64,000 bases of DNA from Chlorokybus atmophyticus (taxonomy: Eukaryota > Plantae > Mesostigma and Chlorokybus algae). The stretch spans positions 711,397 to 775,396 of the forward strand of contig RHPI01002368.1 in NCBI GenBank assembly GCA_009103225.1, written 5' to 3'. A model generated the notes under the pieces. The model ran no database searches, was not told where the DNA came from, and saw nothing but the letters and a program-made list of their open reading frames with translations. Numbering within the stretch: the stretch's first letter is position 1; each line of letters starts with the position of its first letter. A program made the translations under genes and the position numbers. Shown in pieces: positions 27,471-39,312 of this stretch.

Positions 27471-27854
27471 CCTGTCTGTGTGGGCGTTAGTGTGTCTGTG
27501 GATCTATATGCGCGTAAATAGCCATTAGCTGTTCGATAAAGCTACGCCTGTGCCTGCCGCCGCCGCCGCTGTCGCCGCCGCCGCCGCCTCCTAAGCCTAC
27601 ATGTCCGTGTCCAGCATTGGGGCGGCAAACAAGCACACAGCAAACTAAAGTGTGTCTCGTGAACACGGTATCACTCAGGTTCACTGATCCAGAGAGTCTT
27701 CTATGTGATCGCGTTCAGTTCAGTCTTGTGCGCACAAACTCTTGTGCGCACGTTCGTGCTCCGTCTGGCTAAATTTAATCAGTCAGCGGCCAGGCCAGGT
27801 GGTGCACGCCCAGGCCAGGCGGGGGTGGGGGTGGGCCAGGCGGCGGCGGTGGGG

Positions 27855-28630
27855 ATGGCGACCTCGCCGATAGAGGCAGGGAGGACGGCACTGCTGGTGT
27901 GGGTCTATGAGATCACAGGAACGAGATTGGCCAAGGTAAGTGGGACTGTACTCCATGTGTTTGCGCAGAGCAAGTTGAGAGTGTGCAAGAGATGATAGGC
28001 CAGATTAGTGTATGTGTGTATGATGAAAATCCTTGCTTGATACTTGATAACAATTCACAGGTGGAGGATGCAGCGACTGGAGTTGTGTACTGCCAGATCA
28101 TAAACGCCATCCACCCAGGCAGGCTGTTGTGCTGCATTGCGTTGCTGCGTATAGTGAATCACGTTAAGTACAACTCGAAGCCCTGAGAGAGTAAATATTG
28201 ATGTAATTCTCAACACAACAACAGGGTCGATCATTATGGCGAAGGTGGTGGAGAAGGCCGCGACAGAGTATGACATGCTGAAGAACTACAAGCTGATCCA
28301 GGCGGCCTTCGCCAAAGAGGGAATCAACAAGGTGGGTGGTACAAGTGATTGTGATTTATTTTTGTTGTTGTTTTTGTTGCTGTTGTCACTGTTTCTTCTT
28401 CTTCCGTTGTTGTTGCTGTTGTTATTATTGTTGTTGCTGTAGCTGTAGCTGTAGCTGTGAGTGTTTCTAGTACTTCTTCTGATCTTCTTGTGAGGTATGC
28501 TAAGTTACACAACACATGCAGCCGCTTGAGGTGAACAAGCTGGTGAAGGGCAGAGCGATGGACAACCTCGACCTCCTCCAGTGGTTGCGCGCATACCACG
28601 ACTCACGTATGTGCTATTACACACAGTCGC

Positions 28631-28678
<48 letters not shown>

Positions 28679-30598
28679 GCGACAACAAACTGACACATTG
28701 TTTTGTCCTGGTGCACGCAATGCAGCTTCAGGTTCGTCTTGCACGCGCTGTTCGATGCACGGATACGGCCAGTACAAAAGCCTCAGCGGAGAAGATTTGC
28801 GTAAGCACAAAAACACATTGTACTCCACCAACAGCTTGCGATGTTGATATGTTGTGTCAAACACCACATGTTGTCTCTTCACAGTCCCGGATGGTTCCCC
28901 ACGTGTGAAGCAGCGCATCCGAGCCTTCACCATGACACACGAACACAACAACAGCGGCAACAACACTCCCACTCACAACCACAACCACAGCCACAACCAC
29001 AGTCACAACGACACGCCTTCCGACACGCCCCGCGCAGAGCGCCCCAGCACTCCCTCCACATCAGCAACCCCAACAGACACATCATCACCCACATCCCAAC
29101 AACAACAACAACAACAACCATCTTCCCTCCGCCGCTCCACCATCGCGGCCGCCCCGGAGGTCGCCCACGCCGTGGCCAACATCGTCAAATCAGGAGGCTT
29201 CTCTGCCTCCAACACACCCCGCAAACAACATACCCACTCCCCCCACACCCACACAACCGATACACACACCAACACTACCCCCAACCTCACCCTCAAGCTC
29301 AGGCGAAGCAGTGTATCCCAGACAGATGCACCTGATGATGAAGATATTAGTATCATCCTTGCAAGGAAGAGTGAGATCGAGTCTCAGGCGCGTGCTTTGG
29401 AGGAAGAGAGGGTGAGGTTTGCTAATGTGCGTGAGGCGTGGGAGATGAAGTGCAAGGATTGGGAGAGCAAAAGGGAGGCGCAAGAGAGGGAGAAGATGGA
29501 CAAGATGCAGAGGAGTGATTCGGCAAATGAGAGACAGAATGAGAGACAAATGCAGGCGCAGATCAGAGAGCTGACGGCTGAGGTGAGGGGGGGATATGTG
29601 GGGTTGCGCGCGTGTGTGTACGTATACATACATACGCGCACTCGTGGGCATGTTCGTGCCCTCGTGCGTATACGTGTGTGCAATGTTGTTGAAGCATGCG
29701 CGCGTTGTGTTTGTGCGACTGTGCATCTGCGTCCTGATGCATACACGCGCGCACACGCACACGCGCACTGACATGTCCACATGTCAATCCCAGGTTGAGC
29801 GCTTGAACCAGAAGGTTGCCGCCCTCCACGTCGACCGCGAGTTCTACCGCTCAAAAGTCCGTTCCATCCAGAACTTCTGCGAGGTGTTTCGCGACCGCGA
29901 GGGCCGCGCCGTGGCTGCATTGGAACGCCTCGTCAACGGCCAAGCAGACGTGGACGTGTTGGCCTTAGAGCTGGCTGAAGACAGCGCCATGGAGATGGCG
30001 AAGGAGACTACCATGGCGTTGGCCAGGGCTATGAAGGAAGATGAGATGAAGGAGGAGGAGAGGGAGAGGGAGAGGGAGAGGGTGATGGTGGAGGTGGAGG
30101 CTGAGAGAGTGAGGAGGGTGAGTGAGGAGAAGGAGAAGGAGAGGGAGTCTGAGAGGAAGAGGGAGGAGGAGAGGGAGAGGGAGAGGGTGAGGGTTGAGGA
30201 GGAGGTGAAGGAGGAGGAGAGGAAGAGGGCGGTTGAGGAGAGGGAGCGTAAGGGGAAGGAGGCTGTGCGTGATCATGAGGGTGGTACTGACAACAGCAAG
30301 GACAACAGCAGGGAGAACAATGGCAACGACAATAACGGCAATAGCAATGGCAGTGACAGCAACTCCTCGACACCGACACAGGTCAGTACCAATGAGCATG
30401 TTGATGTTGTGCACGGGCCTTTTGTGTCAAACATACGCATGCATATACGCACGCACATCTTGAGACTGCAATGCAATATGACAGGGGAGCCGTGCCGCGC
30501 TGAACCGTGCTTTAACAACAAAGATGATCGCGGGGACCGATTGGCTCCCGCCGCTGCCGGTGCTTGTGCCGGACCCCATATCGCCGCTGGAAGCATGA
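27855..30598 (+). CDS. EB1: EB1/MAPRE-like microtubule plus-end protein (CH domain plus EBH domain), divergent
   Basis: CH domain: VEDAATGVVYCQII, EYDMLKNYKLIQAAF, PLEVNKLVKGRAMDNLDLLQWL. EBH-like segment: LHVDREFYRSKVRSIQNFCE. The last exon (30487-30598) is inferred. Confidence 0.85.
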
Positions 30599-32475
30599 CA
30601 CAACATCCCTATTGTTATGTCTCCATGACATCATTCCATTGTTGTATTGTACCATGTCCATTCTTGTGCGTGTTGGACGTAACGTACGTGTGGAACAGTA
30701 ACATTGCTTAGCTCCTTTGTTCGCGCTATGTAACATTAGCGTTGCATTCTTTGTGTGTAATACACTCGCTTATTAAATGCGCTTCATTGACACCAAAATG
30801 TGCATTTAATCTTGGATGCACATGCGATGATCTCGGCGTGGATGAGCTCTTTTATTGTGAACTTCTACCGTATGTCTTGGCATGAGCACGTGGGCGCATA
30901 CATGTATTGGCAAACACATTAGCTGGACATGCGCATACATGTATGTGAACAGAGACATGAGCTCAACCCAAGTGGTCATACGACAACATTAAGATGTCAA
31001 TCGCGCCAATAACAGCAACAGTAAGCGATCATAATGAGTACATATCTACTGCACACTCGTTGCATAAATAGACCTCTAACCAATGGTAATTATGCATGGC
31101 TTTGCACATGCAAAACTGAGCGACTGGCTCACATTCCAACTCTTAACAATCCTACCCAATAAACTAGGCTAGTGCGGTGTGGGGGCGCCAAGTTACTGTT
31201 AGGCAAGTTGCATGTTGGTGCTGCAACGCTGATATGATGCTGCACCAAAACAGAATTCAACTGTACATTTTATAATGCAATAGTATTTGCATCATACACG
31301 CCACATGTATCATACAGTGTACGCTTGCATGTAGAAAGAGGGGGGGGGGGGGGGGGGGATATAAACATCANGGGGGGGGGGGGGGGTGCAATATAAACAT
31401 CATGCAAAATAAAACAAGGAGAAAAGCACGCTGTTAAGCGAGATGTATCTATGTGACAGACATAATGCACTCAATCCAATTGTAGCGTCGCATAAAATGT
31501 TCAAAGTGCTTGCGCATTGCAATGGCATACTTGTTATAATGAACCTGTTGACCGTGCGATGCCGTTACCTATTTGTACCATTCGCAAAGTTTTCACGCAC
31601 CATATGTAGATCAACCAATCAATACAATACCATTATTTGCTCTCAATTATGCATATACAATAGTATCAAGTTAAACATGCGTAAACAATGTTTTTTAAAC
31701 TAGTGCATGATGATTTGACATGGTGTAATCATAACATTGCTAGCAAAATAGTTTCTGCTTATATACATATTATGTATTGATGCACGCAGTCATTATTGTC
31801 ATGTTTATGCGACCACAACCCCCCCTTTACAAATTCAGCCCCTCCCTCCTTCATAATTGAATACGAGGTGTTATAATGGGGCTCTATTATAAGCGAAAAT
31901 TGGGGGTTATAAACAAGGTCCCCCCTTGTATTTGAATGCAGTGTAATAATAAGGCCCGGGGAGGGGGGGGGGGGGGACATTTGCACGAATATAGTAGATT
32001 ACAGCATATAATACGCAAAATGTACACGTACCATCTATCATGCATGTTGTTCGCATATATCATGAGTAATATGTCATACGAAATGCATTGAAGCCTTTAT
32101 CAGCATGATTATACAAGAAGAAATGCAGGTTGTGTAACACATGCATGCTGTTGTTGTTGAGCGAACGACATAGCTCTAGCTCTTGTAATGCCTGTCACTT
32201 GCGAAGCATGACAAAGGACGTGCACTCATTACATGACAAACAACATAAAATGCGGTTGTCACACACCTTACAACAAGGGCGCGCTAGGTTGAAACGCCAT
32301 GAGCACCAAAATGATTACGTTTGCTTATCATCACAGCCCAATCCAGGTGGTGCGCGCTGCATAACTGCAATCCCAACTGCTCCAGGGCACTTCTAGCTGA
32401 CGTGAAGATCCATAGTTTTTGTTACTTACTAAATCTAACGTTAGTGGTGTGTAACCAACAACAATGCGTCACTAC

Positions 32476-32484
32476 AAACCCTAA
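32476..32484 (+). promoter_or_regulatory. Telo-box-like motif AAACCCTAA upstream of VAP
   Basis: A single exact AAACCCTAA lies about 250 bp upstream of the VAP ATG. The motif is known from plant promoters, but this is one hit only. Confidence 0.3.
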
Positions 32485-32522
32485 TAGGAGTTGCCAGCTG
32501 GCGTGCTGGTGCAGGGTTTGGA

Positions 32523-32556
<34 letters not shown>

Positions 32557-32736
32557 CAGATTTGCTGCACTACCCAATCCGCAAAGGCAGTGAGCACTAT
32601 TTACTCGTGCAGCCTGCATTGACAAGAAGGAGAAGCGAAAGCAGGAGCAGGAGGGTTTGGTTGGAGTGTTAAGCGGAGAGGTGAAAGGAGAGTGGCCTGG
32701 CTGCTGCTACTGCTAGTGGAGGCGGGCGGGTGTGTG

Positions 32737-34528
32737 ATGGCGGAGCTGCAAATATCTCCTTCCGAGCTCAAGTTTCCATGTAAGTTCCCAGTTCATTAGC
32801 AACGGCATGGTTGTTTTGCAGATCCTTTATCAACACACGTACAAGCTAGGCGTTCTTGCCATTTCGGTTGTGGCATGGCATACGGTATAGCCATTCCCAG
32901 CTGCTGCAGGAAGCATACCATTGTGACTTATTGTCGGAGTGTATGAGCGCATGTGCGTGCTTGTTTTGTCCAGTTGAGTTGAGGAAACAGATCCCCACTT
33001 CGCTGCACCTTTCCAACCCGACGAGCGGCAATGTCGCATTCAAGGTAAACCTATCAACCCATTCCGCAATTTCACCATGCACATGCTTCGACAATGTGTG
33101 CATGCTCCTGATCATCCTTCCCACGCACCCATTCACTGCAGGTCAAGACCACCTCCCCAAAGAAGTACTGCGTACGCCCCAACACTGGCATTATACCCGC
33201 CGGGAGCACACTTGATGTACAAAGTAAGCAGCATCACCCGAAAAATTACGTCACAGCAGTCTCTTTGATTACTTACATTATCCACGTGCCAACCTGTCTG
33301 AGCTTATGTGTGTGCCTGTAATGTGCAGTAATCATGCAAGCACTTCGCGAGTACCCACCGGACGTGAGCAATTGCAAGGACAAGTTTCTGGTGCAGAGCG
33401 TGCCCGTCACCAAAGACATTCAAGAAAAGGACCTTACCCCCGAACTCGTAAGCACACCTTCAAGTCAGTCATCCAGTTGCTGAATCAATTGTTCATGCAT
33501 GCATTTACTCTGTGTACTCATTCATGCAAACATTCGTCCACTCATTCATTCATGTAATCACTTGATTTGTGCGTTCGTGCAGTCACACATCCCACCCCTT
33601 TTGCATCCAATTACTCAACCATTTGTTCATATGCTGTCAAGCTCGCATGAGTATGAACATGTCGCTGTGTGGCAGTTCTCAAAGACGGGTGAGATGGCAG
33701 AGAGCATCCGCGAGGCGAAGCTGCGAGTTATGTACATCGCTGCTAATGCCCCTCCCTCACCCGTCCCCGAGGACGACATTGTTACCACAACCGCTGACCG
33801 CGTTCGTGAGGTGTGTGAGAGCGTCACACTACTTTCTACCAACTGTCTATCACGCAAACGTGTTGACACGATGTGGTTTTTGTGTAGAAGCCTGGTCCCG
33901 CTGCCAACTCGACGCCGTCCGCAATTGCAGTTGCTGCCGGCGCCGGCACGCAAAGAGCTTATGGCAATGATGCGGTACTTACTCATCTCTTGATGTTGTA
34001 TTGAAGTTGAGTGTCTGTGAAAGTGAATATGAATGTGTGTGTGTGTGCGCAGGGTGATGCGCAGGTTAAGGTGAAGGAGACCCTTGTGACGCTAGCGCAG
34101 GTAACGGAAGAGCGCAATGCTGCCACCAAAGAGGTTGAACGGCTCCAAAAAGAACTGGTATGCCTTGAAAATGTTCCACTTACTCTCACTGCCACGCTCA
34201 TGCATATGCGTGCGTGTGCACGTTTGTTTGTCTGCATGTGTGCGTGAGCGCTTGTGCCTGAATGCGTGTGTGCATGTGTATGCTTGTCTGCGGTTATGCG
34301 TGTCTGTTCATGTGCGCCCGGTTTCAGACTATTTGCGTACATGTACAGAATGAGGTGGTGAACAAGATGAGCGCCAACATGAACTCAATGGACGCGAAAG
34401 GTATGGGCGCAGACAGGCGGACGACCGCTACCACAGGCGCCGTTGCTGGGGCCGGCCCGAGCGTGTCGATAATCGTGGCCATCCTCATTGCCGTGCTGGC
34501 GTTCCTTGCAGGCTGGCTGCTGCTTTAG
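32737..34528 (+). CDS. VAP: Vesicle-associated protein (VAP/VAP27 family): MSP domain, coiled coil, C-terminal transmembrane helix
   Basis: MAELQISPSELKFP/FELRKQIPTSLHLSN, VAFK/VKTTSPKKYCVRPNTGII, CKDKFLVQS, and C-terminal IIVAILIAVLAFLAGWLLL*. Confidence 0.95.
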
Positions 34529-36691
34529 TCTCCTTCTCTTTTGGGTCTCATTGTTGCGTGTGCGAGGCAATCACAGAAAGGATTGATCGACCGGAGAGCT
34601 GAATTGTTGATTTTCCTGCTCCAAGCTTGTCTCTGTGGGGTTGCAGGTTGACGCATGCATTGCGCGCCAATGCATGTGCTGCGTACACTTTACTCACCTA
34701 CCTGGCTACTACATTAGGCCGGGCCGTTGAACAAAGTGGCTATGTGAGCATGTTGCATGTTCTCTATCGGTGCTTGTGCTGGTGGTGTGGCATGCCGCTA
34801 CTGAATAAAATTACTAGGAATGCCAGTGCTTGTACCATGGAGTATGTAGGCATCAAGTATGCGCTGAGTTTGAGCAAGTCATGTACCACCGCTGAGAATG
34901 CAGTGGGTGGGGGCCTTTACCCAAGTCAAATGTCACAGCTCGATCAGTCAGGACGCAGCGTGCGGTGTCACTGTTTTATTCTTAGGTCTCAAGGTGTTTC
35001 AGTTTCCAGAGGTAGGTTTGTGTATTGCCATGTACAGCAAGAAGAAGGAACCTATGTTTCAAGCGTTCCCCATCAGACAAGCACTGCGTCCACAAGCAGG
35101 TTTACATGAATAATGTAAGTACGGAGGTGTTATCAGCCAGTTTGTCCATTTCATGCGCCTTTGCACTTTCGAGACAGACTTCAAGCATGCAGTATTTGAG
35201 TTGTTGGTCAACATGCAGCGTGCGGGGTACAGCCAGCGACAATTGTGCCTGAAGTGAAGATCCAAGATGTTTGGAATGAGCGGAGTCATCTGTGGTCTTA
35301 CCCCACGACGCATGTATAAAGCTATAGGATGCATGTATCATGACATTGTCAGGCGGAATCCGGCATGTGTTACGGGGAGCACAATAACGGTGCCCGTTCT
35401 ATTGGTGTTCGGCTAAACACCGCGCAGTGTGATGGTTGGTTTGTTCGCTCTCTAAGCTGACTGTGGGTTTGCCCACATGCATGTCACTGCCTGCTTGCTG
35501 ACTGACTGTGTGTCATTATGTTGCGTATGAGCGATCGTTTGCAGCCACTGGCGCAGAGTTGGCAGGCAATTCCAAACCGTAACGCTGCGATAAAGGGGTG
35601 CTGGCGGCAGTGAGCAGTGGCCCACACAGGCAGCTTGCTCACTCTCTTCGCCTTTGCGTGATCAGGTGGGGACCTGACTGTGGCGTGGGACTGCAGCCAG
35701 TCCACCGCCCTCATGGTAGTCATTGCCATGTGTTGCTGCATGTCAGGCTTGGGGTGCCAGCCTTTGTTGACTATTAACAGTGCATGCTTGTGACACTGCT
35801 TGCACTTGTAACTTACGCACAACGCACAATTGTGATGTTATACAGTCTGAGCAAGGTTCGTGTCTGCTGCAAGCATGGAAAGTAACTTGTGTCGATGTCA
35901 TGATGTAGCTGCGTTTCACACGGAATGGCATGGAAGCCTTGTACACCAACGCTATTATTGCTGTTGTCAACATTTTCGCGTGCACCGCGATTTGCGTAAC
36001 AGCCATTCCCTGCCTGTCACGGCGTGATAGGCAGGAGAAAGGCTTCTCGTGCATTGGGTGCTTCATGCACATGAAAGGTTAAAATCGACAAACAGTGGGC
36101 AACGCAATTCTGGGTTGCAATCGGGCTTGCGTATAGTGATGTATAAAACTTGTGATACATAGCTGCCTACCCAGTATACATCGCACCAGACCACCAAGTA
36201 GATAAAGCGACCACCTGGCTATCAACACTGCAGATTTTATCTACCTCCCTCCCGACCTTCACTATTGCTGAACTGTGCTTAACCCATTATCAACGACACA
36301 GCGCACATGACACATTGTATCAACATCTTTTCCAATGTGATTGCTGCGTGTGTGGCGCCTAGACACATGCCGACAATAACAATCCGGTACACATGATACA
36401 CAACTGATTGCACACTTGCAAAGGTCTCACCCCTGTGAAAGAGACTGCAAAGAGCATGCATGCACATCAAGTTGCCCACAATTGGGTACTCACACGTGTG
36501 ACAACATCAATCAACAAGGCAAACAAATCCAAACAAAGAGACGAAAACAATAATCGCTCGTATGCAACAATAACCTTGATGTACAACGCAAAGTCCTGAT
36601 ACCTGACTTACCAACTTGCATGTGAGACTGGCTAGCTTTACGCAAAGATTGGGTACTTGGCGAAATCCCCTAACATAACAAACACAAGTCA

Positions 36692-39099
36692 TCAATACAT
36701 GAATGCTACAACAATCGCACCAGTGAATGCTTCAGCCGCAAATGGAATAACATCTGAGAGCATGTTATGAATCAAGCATATAGCATAATAATAGCAATAC
36801 GCATGCCTTACCAGGGTCGTTGTATCGCTTGTGCTTGTCCAGCGAGTTGATGGCATCGATATCCTCGCCGGACAGCTGGAAATCAAGCTCGAGGTTCTCT
36901 TTTATCCTCTCGAGCCTCTGCGATTTCGGGATGACGGCTGTCCCGCGCTGCACGCCCCACCTCAACACAACCTGTGACGTGTGCATTATGAATGACCAAT
37001 GACACTTACGCACTGTGGCATAGTACTTTGAGATGAGAAGAAAGTGTAGATTGTTTGCTGACTATACCTGAGCGGGTGTTTTGTTGAGCCTTTGTGCGAT
37101 ATTTGTGATGACGGGATCGTCCAACACGCTGTCACCCTGTGCATGAAAAGAGTTCAACCACAAAGCGAGACTATCAGATTGCAAAACGCGCATGCAAGTT
37201 ATGCCACACACATATATGTGCCCACACACGCACGCACATACCCACACACGCGCGCGCAGACATGCACACACACACGCATGTGTGCCTGTACGCATGCACT
37301 GGCGCGCGCGCACGCACACGCACACGCTCGACACAACATGCACATCTGCTCCCCCCCCCTCCCNNNNNNNNNNNNNNNNNNNNNNNNNNNNNNNNNNNNN
37401 NNNNNNNNNNNNNNNNNNNNNNNNNNNNNNNNNNNNNNNNNNNNNNNNNNNNNNNNNNNNNNNNNNNNNNNNNNNNNNNNNNNNNNNNNNNNNNNNNNNN
37501 NNNNNNNNNNNNNNNNNNNNNNNNNNNNNNNNNNNNNNNNNNNNNNNNNNNNNNNNNNNNNNNNNNNNNNNNNNNNNNNNNNNNNNNNNNNNNNNNNNNN
37601 NNNNNNNNNNNNNNNNNNNNNNNNNNNNNNNNNNNNNNNNNNNNNNNNNNNNNNNNNNNNNNNNNNNNNNNNNNNNNNNNNNNNNNNNNNNNNNNNNNNN
37701 NNNNNNNNNNNNNNNNNNNNNNNNNNNNNNNNNNNNNNNNNNNNNNNNNNNNNNNNNNNNNNNNNNNNNNNNNNNNNNNNNNNNNNNNNNNNNNNNNNNN
37801 NNNNNNNNNNNNNNNNNCCCCCCCCCCATCCCCCCCTCCTCACCTTATACCCCAACTCATAGTAACTCCCCGCCCCGAGCGGTGAGAACCCCGTGCACGC
37901 CACTCCCTGTTTATTACACCACTCCACCAAGCTTCTCTGTTGCAAGTAAGGGTGCAGCTCGATCTGGTTCAAACAGGGATTGATTGTGGAATACTTGAGG
38001 AGGTCCATCAGAAGTGAAGCACTGAAGTTGGCCACGCCGATGCGGCGGGTGAGACCGGAAGAGACGAGGGATTCCATTGCTGAGGAGGGGGAGGTGTGTA
38101 TGGTGAAGTGCATGCATATGTGAATGTATGCACTGTATACCTGGTGATGATCATGCTCTTCTACAAACACGTACGTCCAAAGACACATGTGGCGCTGCAC
38201 ATGATCATACACGCGCATGCATACATGCATGCATGCGCACACATGTGAGATGGCTACCTTCCCATGTCTCTCGAATAGGCACATTGACAAACTCCATCTG
38301 GGGCTCAGGAGCAGATGGATCGTGCACCCACTCAGGAGGATACCTAGTCTGTATATGCAGTAGTGTGAACCCATGCTGGCTTGACACGAACAACCATGTA
38401 TGTGTGCATGCGCGCGCGGACATTGCATGCAACATCACCGTGTAGCAATGTAATCAACACAACTTGTTACACGTGTATATGACCTGCACGGTCAAGTTGA
38501 TGTTGTTGTTGTTGCTGGTGGTGGTGTTACACCCACCTCAATGGGCACGTATTTGAGTGAGATGGGGAAGTGTATCAGATACAAGTCCAAGTATTCCAAC
38601 TTCAGGTCCGCCAGACTCTTCTCGCACGCTTCGCGCACGTGCTCCTTGGCGTGGAAAGTGTTCCACAGCTTGGAGGTGACGAAGAGGTCCTCGCGATGGC
38701 ACACGCCAGCACTTAGAGCTGATTCAATGCCCCTACCAACCTGTAAGCATACATGCATGTGTATGTGGGTATGCGGGTATGTGTGCATGTGTGTGTGTCA
38801 TTGCTCACCTCGGCTTCATTGCCGTAGTCGCATGCGCAGTCCAGATGTCTGTACCCCATCCGCAGCGCCTTCTCCACCACACTCGCCGTCTTGCATGCGC
38901 ACAACCACATCAACCACAACGGCAACAACAACAACAACAACAACAACAGCCATAACAACCACCATATTGTGGCCTTTATGTGTCTCACCTCTTTCTTATC
39001 TATTTTCCAGGTGCCGAGGCCGACGGCGGGCATGGCGCCGCCACCATGCAGTATTACAGACGGCAACGCGGAGGCCGCTGCCGCTGCTGCCGCCGCCAT
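36692..39099 (-). CDS. Aldo-keto reductase (xylose reductase/sugar-phosphate reductase-like, AKR2-type)
   Basis: [85 protein letters not shown]. An assembly gap lies in one intron. The last exon is inferred. Confidence 0.93.
37364..37817. other. Assembly gap (N run) flanked by C runs, inside the AKR intron
   Basis: 454 consecutive N characters. Confidence 0.99.
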
Positions 39100-39193
39100 C
39101 GCCGCCGCTGCCGCCGCCGCCGCACAGATGCGCCGCCACGTGGCACAAACTCTGGTTAAACTAGCTTAAGCGCCTAGTTAGAAGGCCAGTCAG

Positions 39194-39310
39194 TTGACCA
39201 TATTTGGTCAGTGTTAATTAGCTCGGTGGTGGTCAAAGGTAACCAAGCTGCAAGCTGATTTAGTCAAGTGGTGGTTAGCTTTCCAGTTAGTTGGCTGGAT
39301 CTGCTTGACT
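39194..39310. promoter_or_regulatory. Cluster of four W-box-like hexamers (TTGACY) in the AKR/HEATR6 bidirectional interval
   Basis: TTGACC at 39194, GGTCAA at 39231, AGTCAA at 39262, TTGACT at 39305. Confidence 0.4.
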
Positions 39311-39312
39311 TT

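Noticed and set aside
31339-31400. Duplicated G-run plus ATATAAACATCA with an N, considered as a G-quadruplex or repeat element
   Set aside because: Homopolymer runs next to an ambiguous base, as at the other gaps, suggest a sequencing or assembly artefact.
37062-38428. Long ORFs spanning the N run
   Set aside because: They are artefacts of translating the assembly gap.
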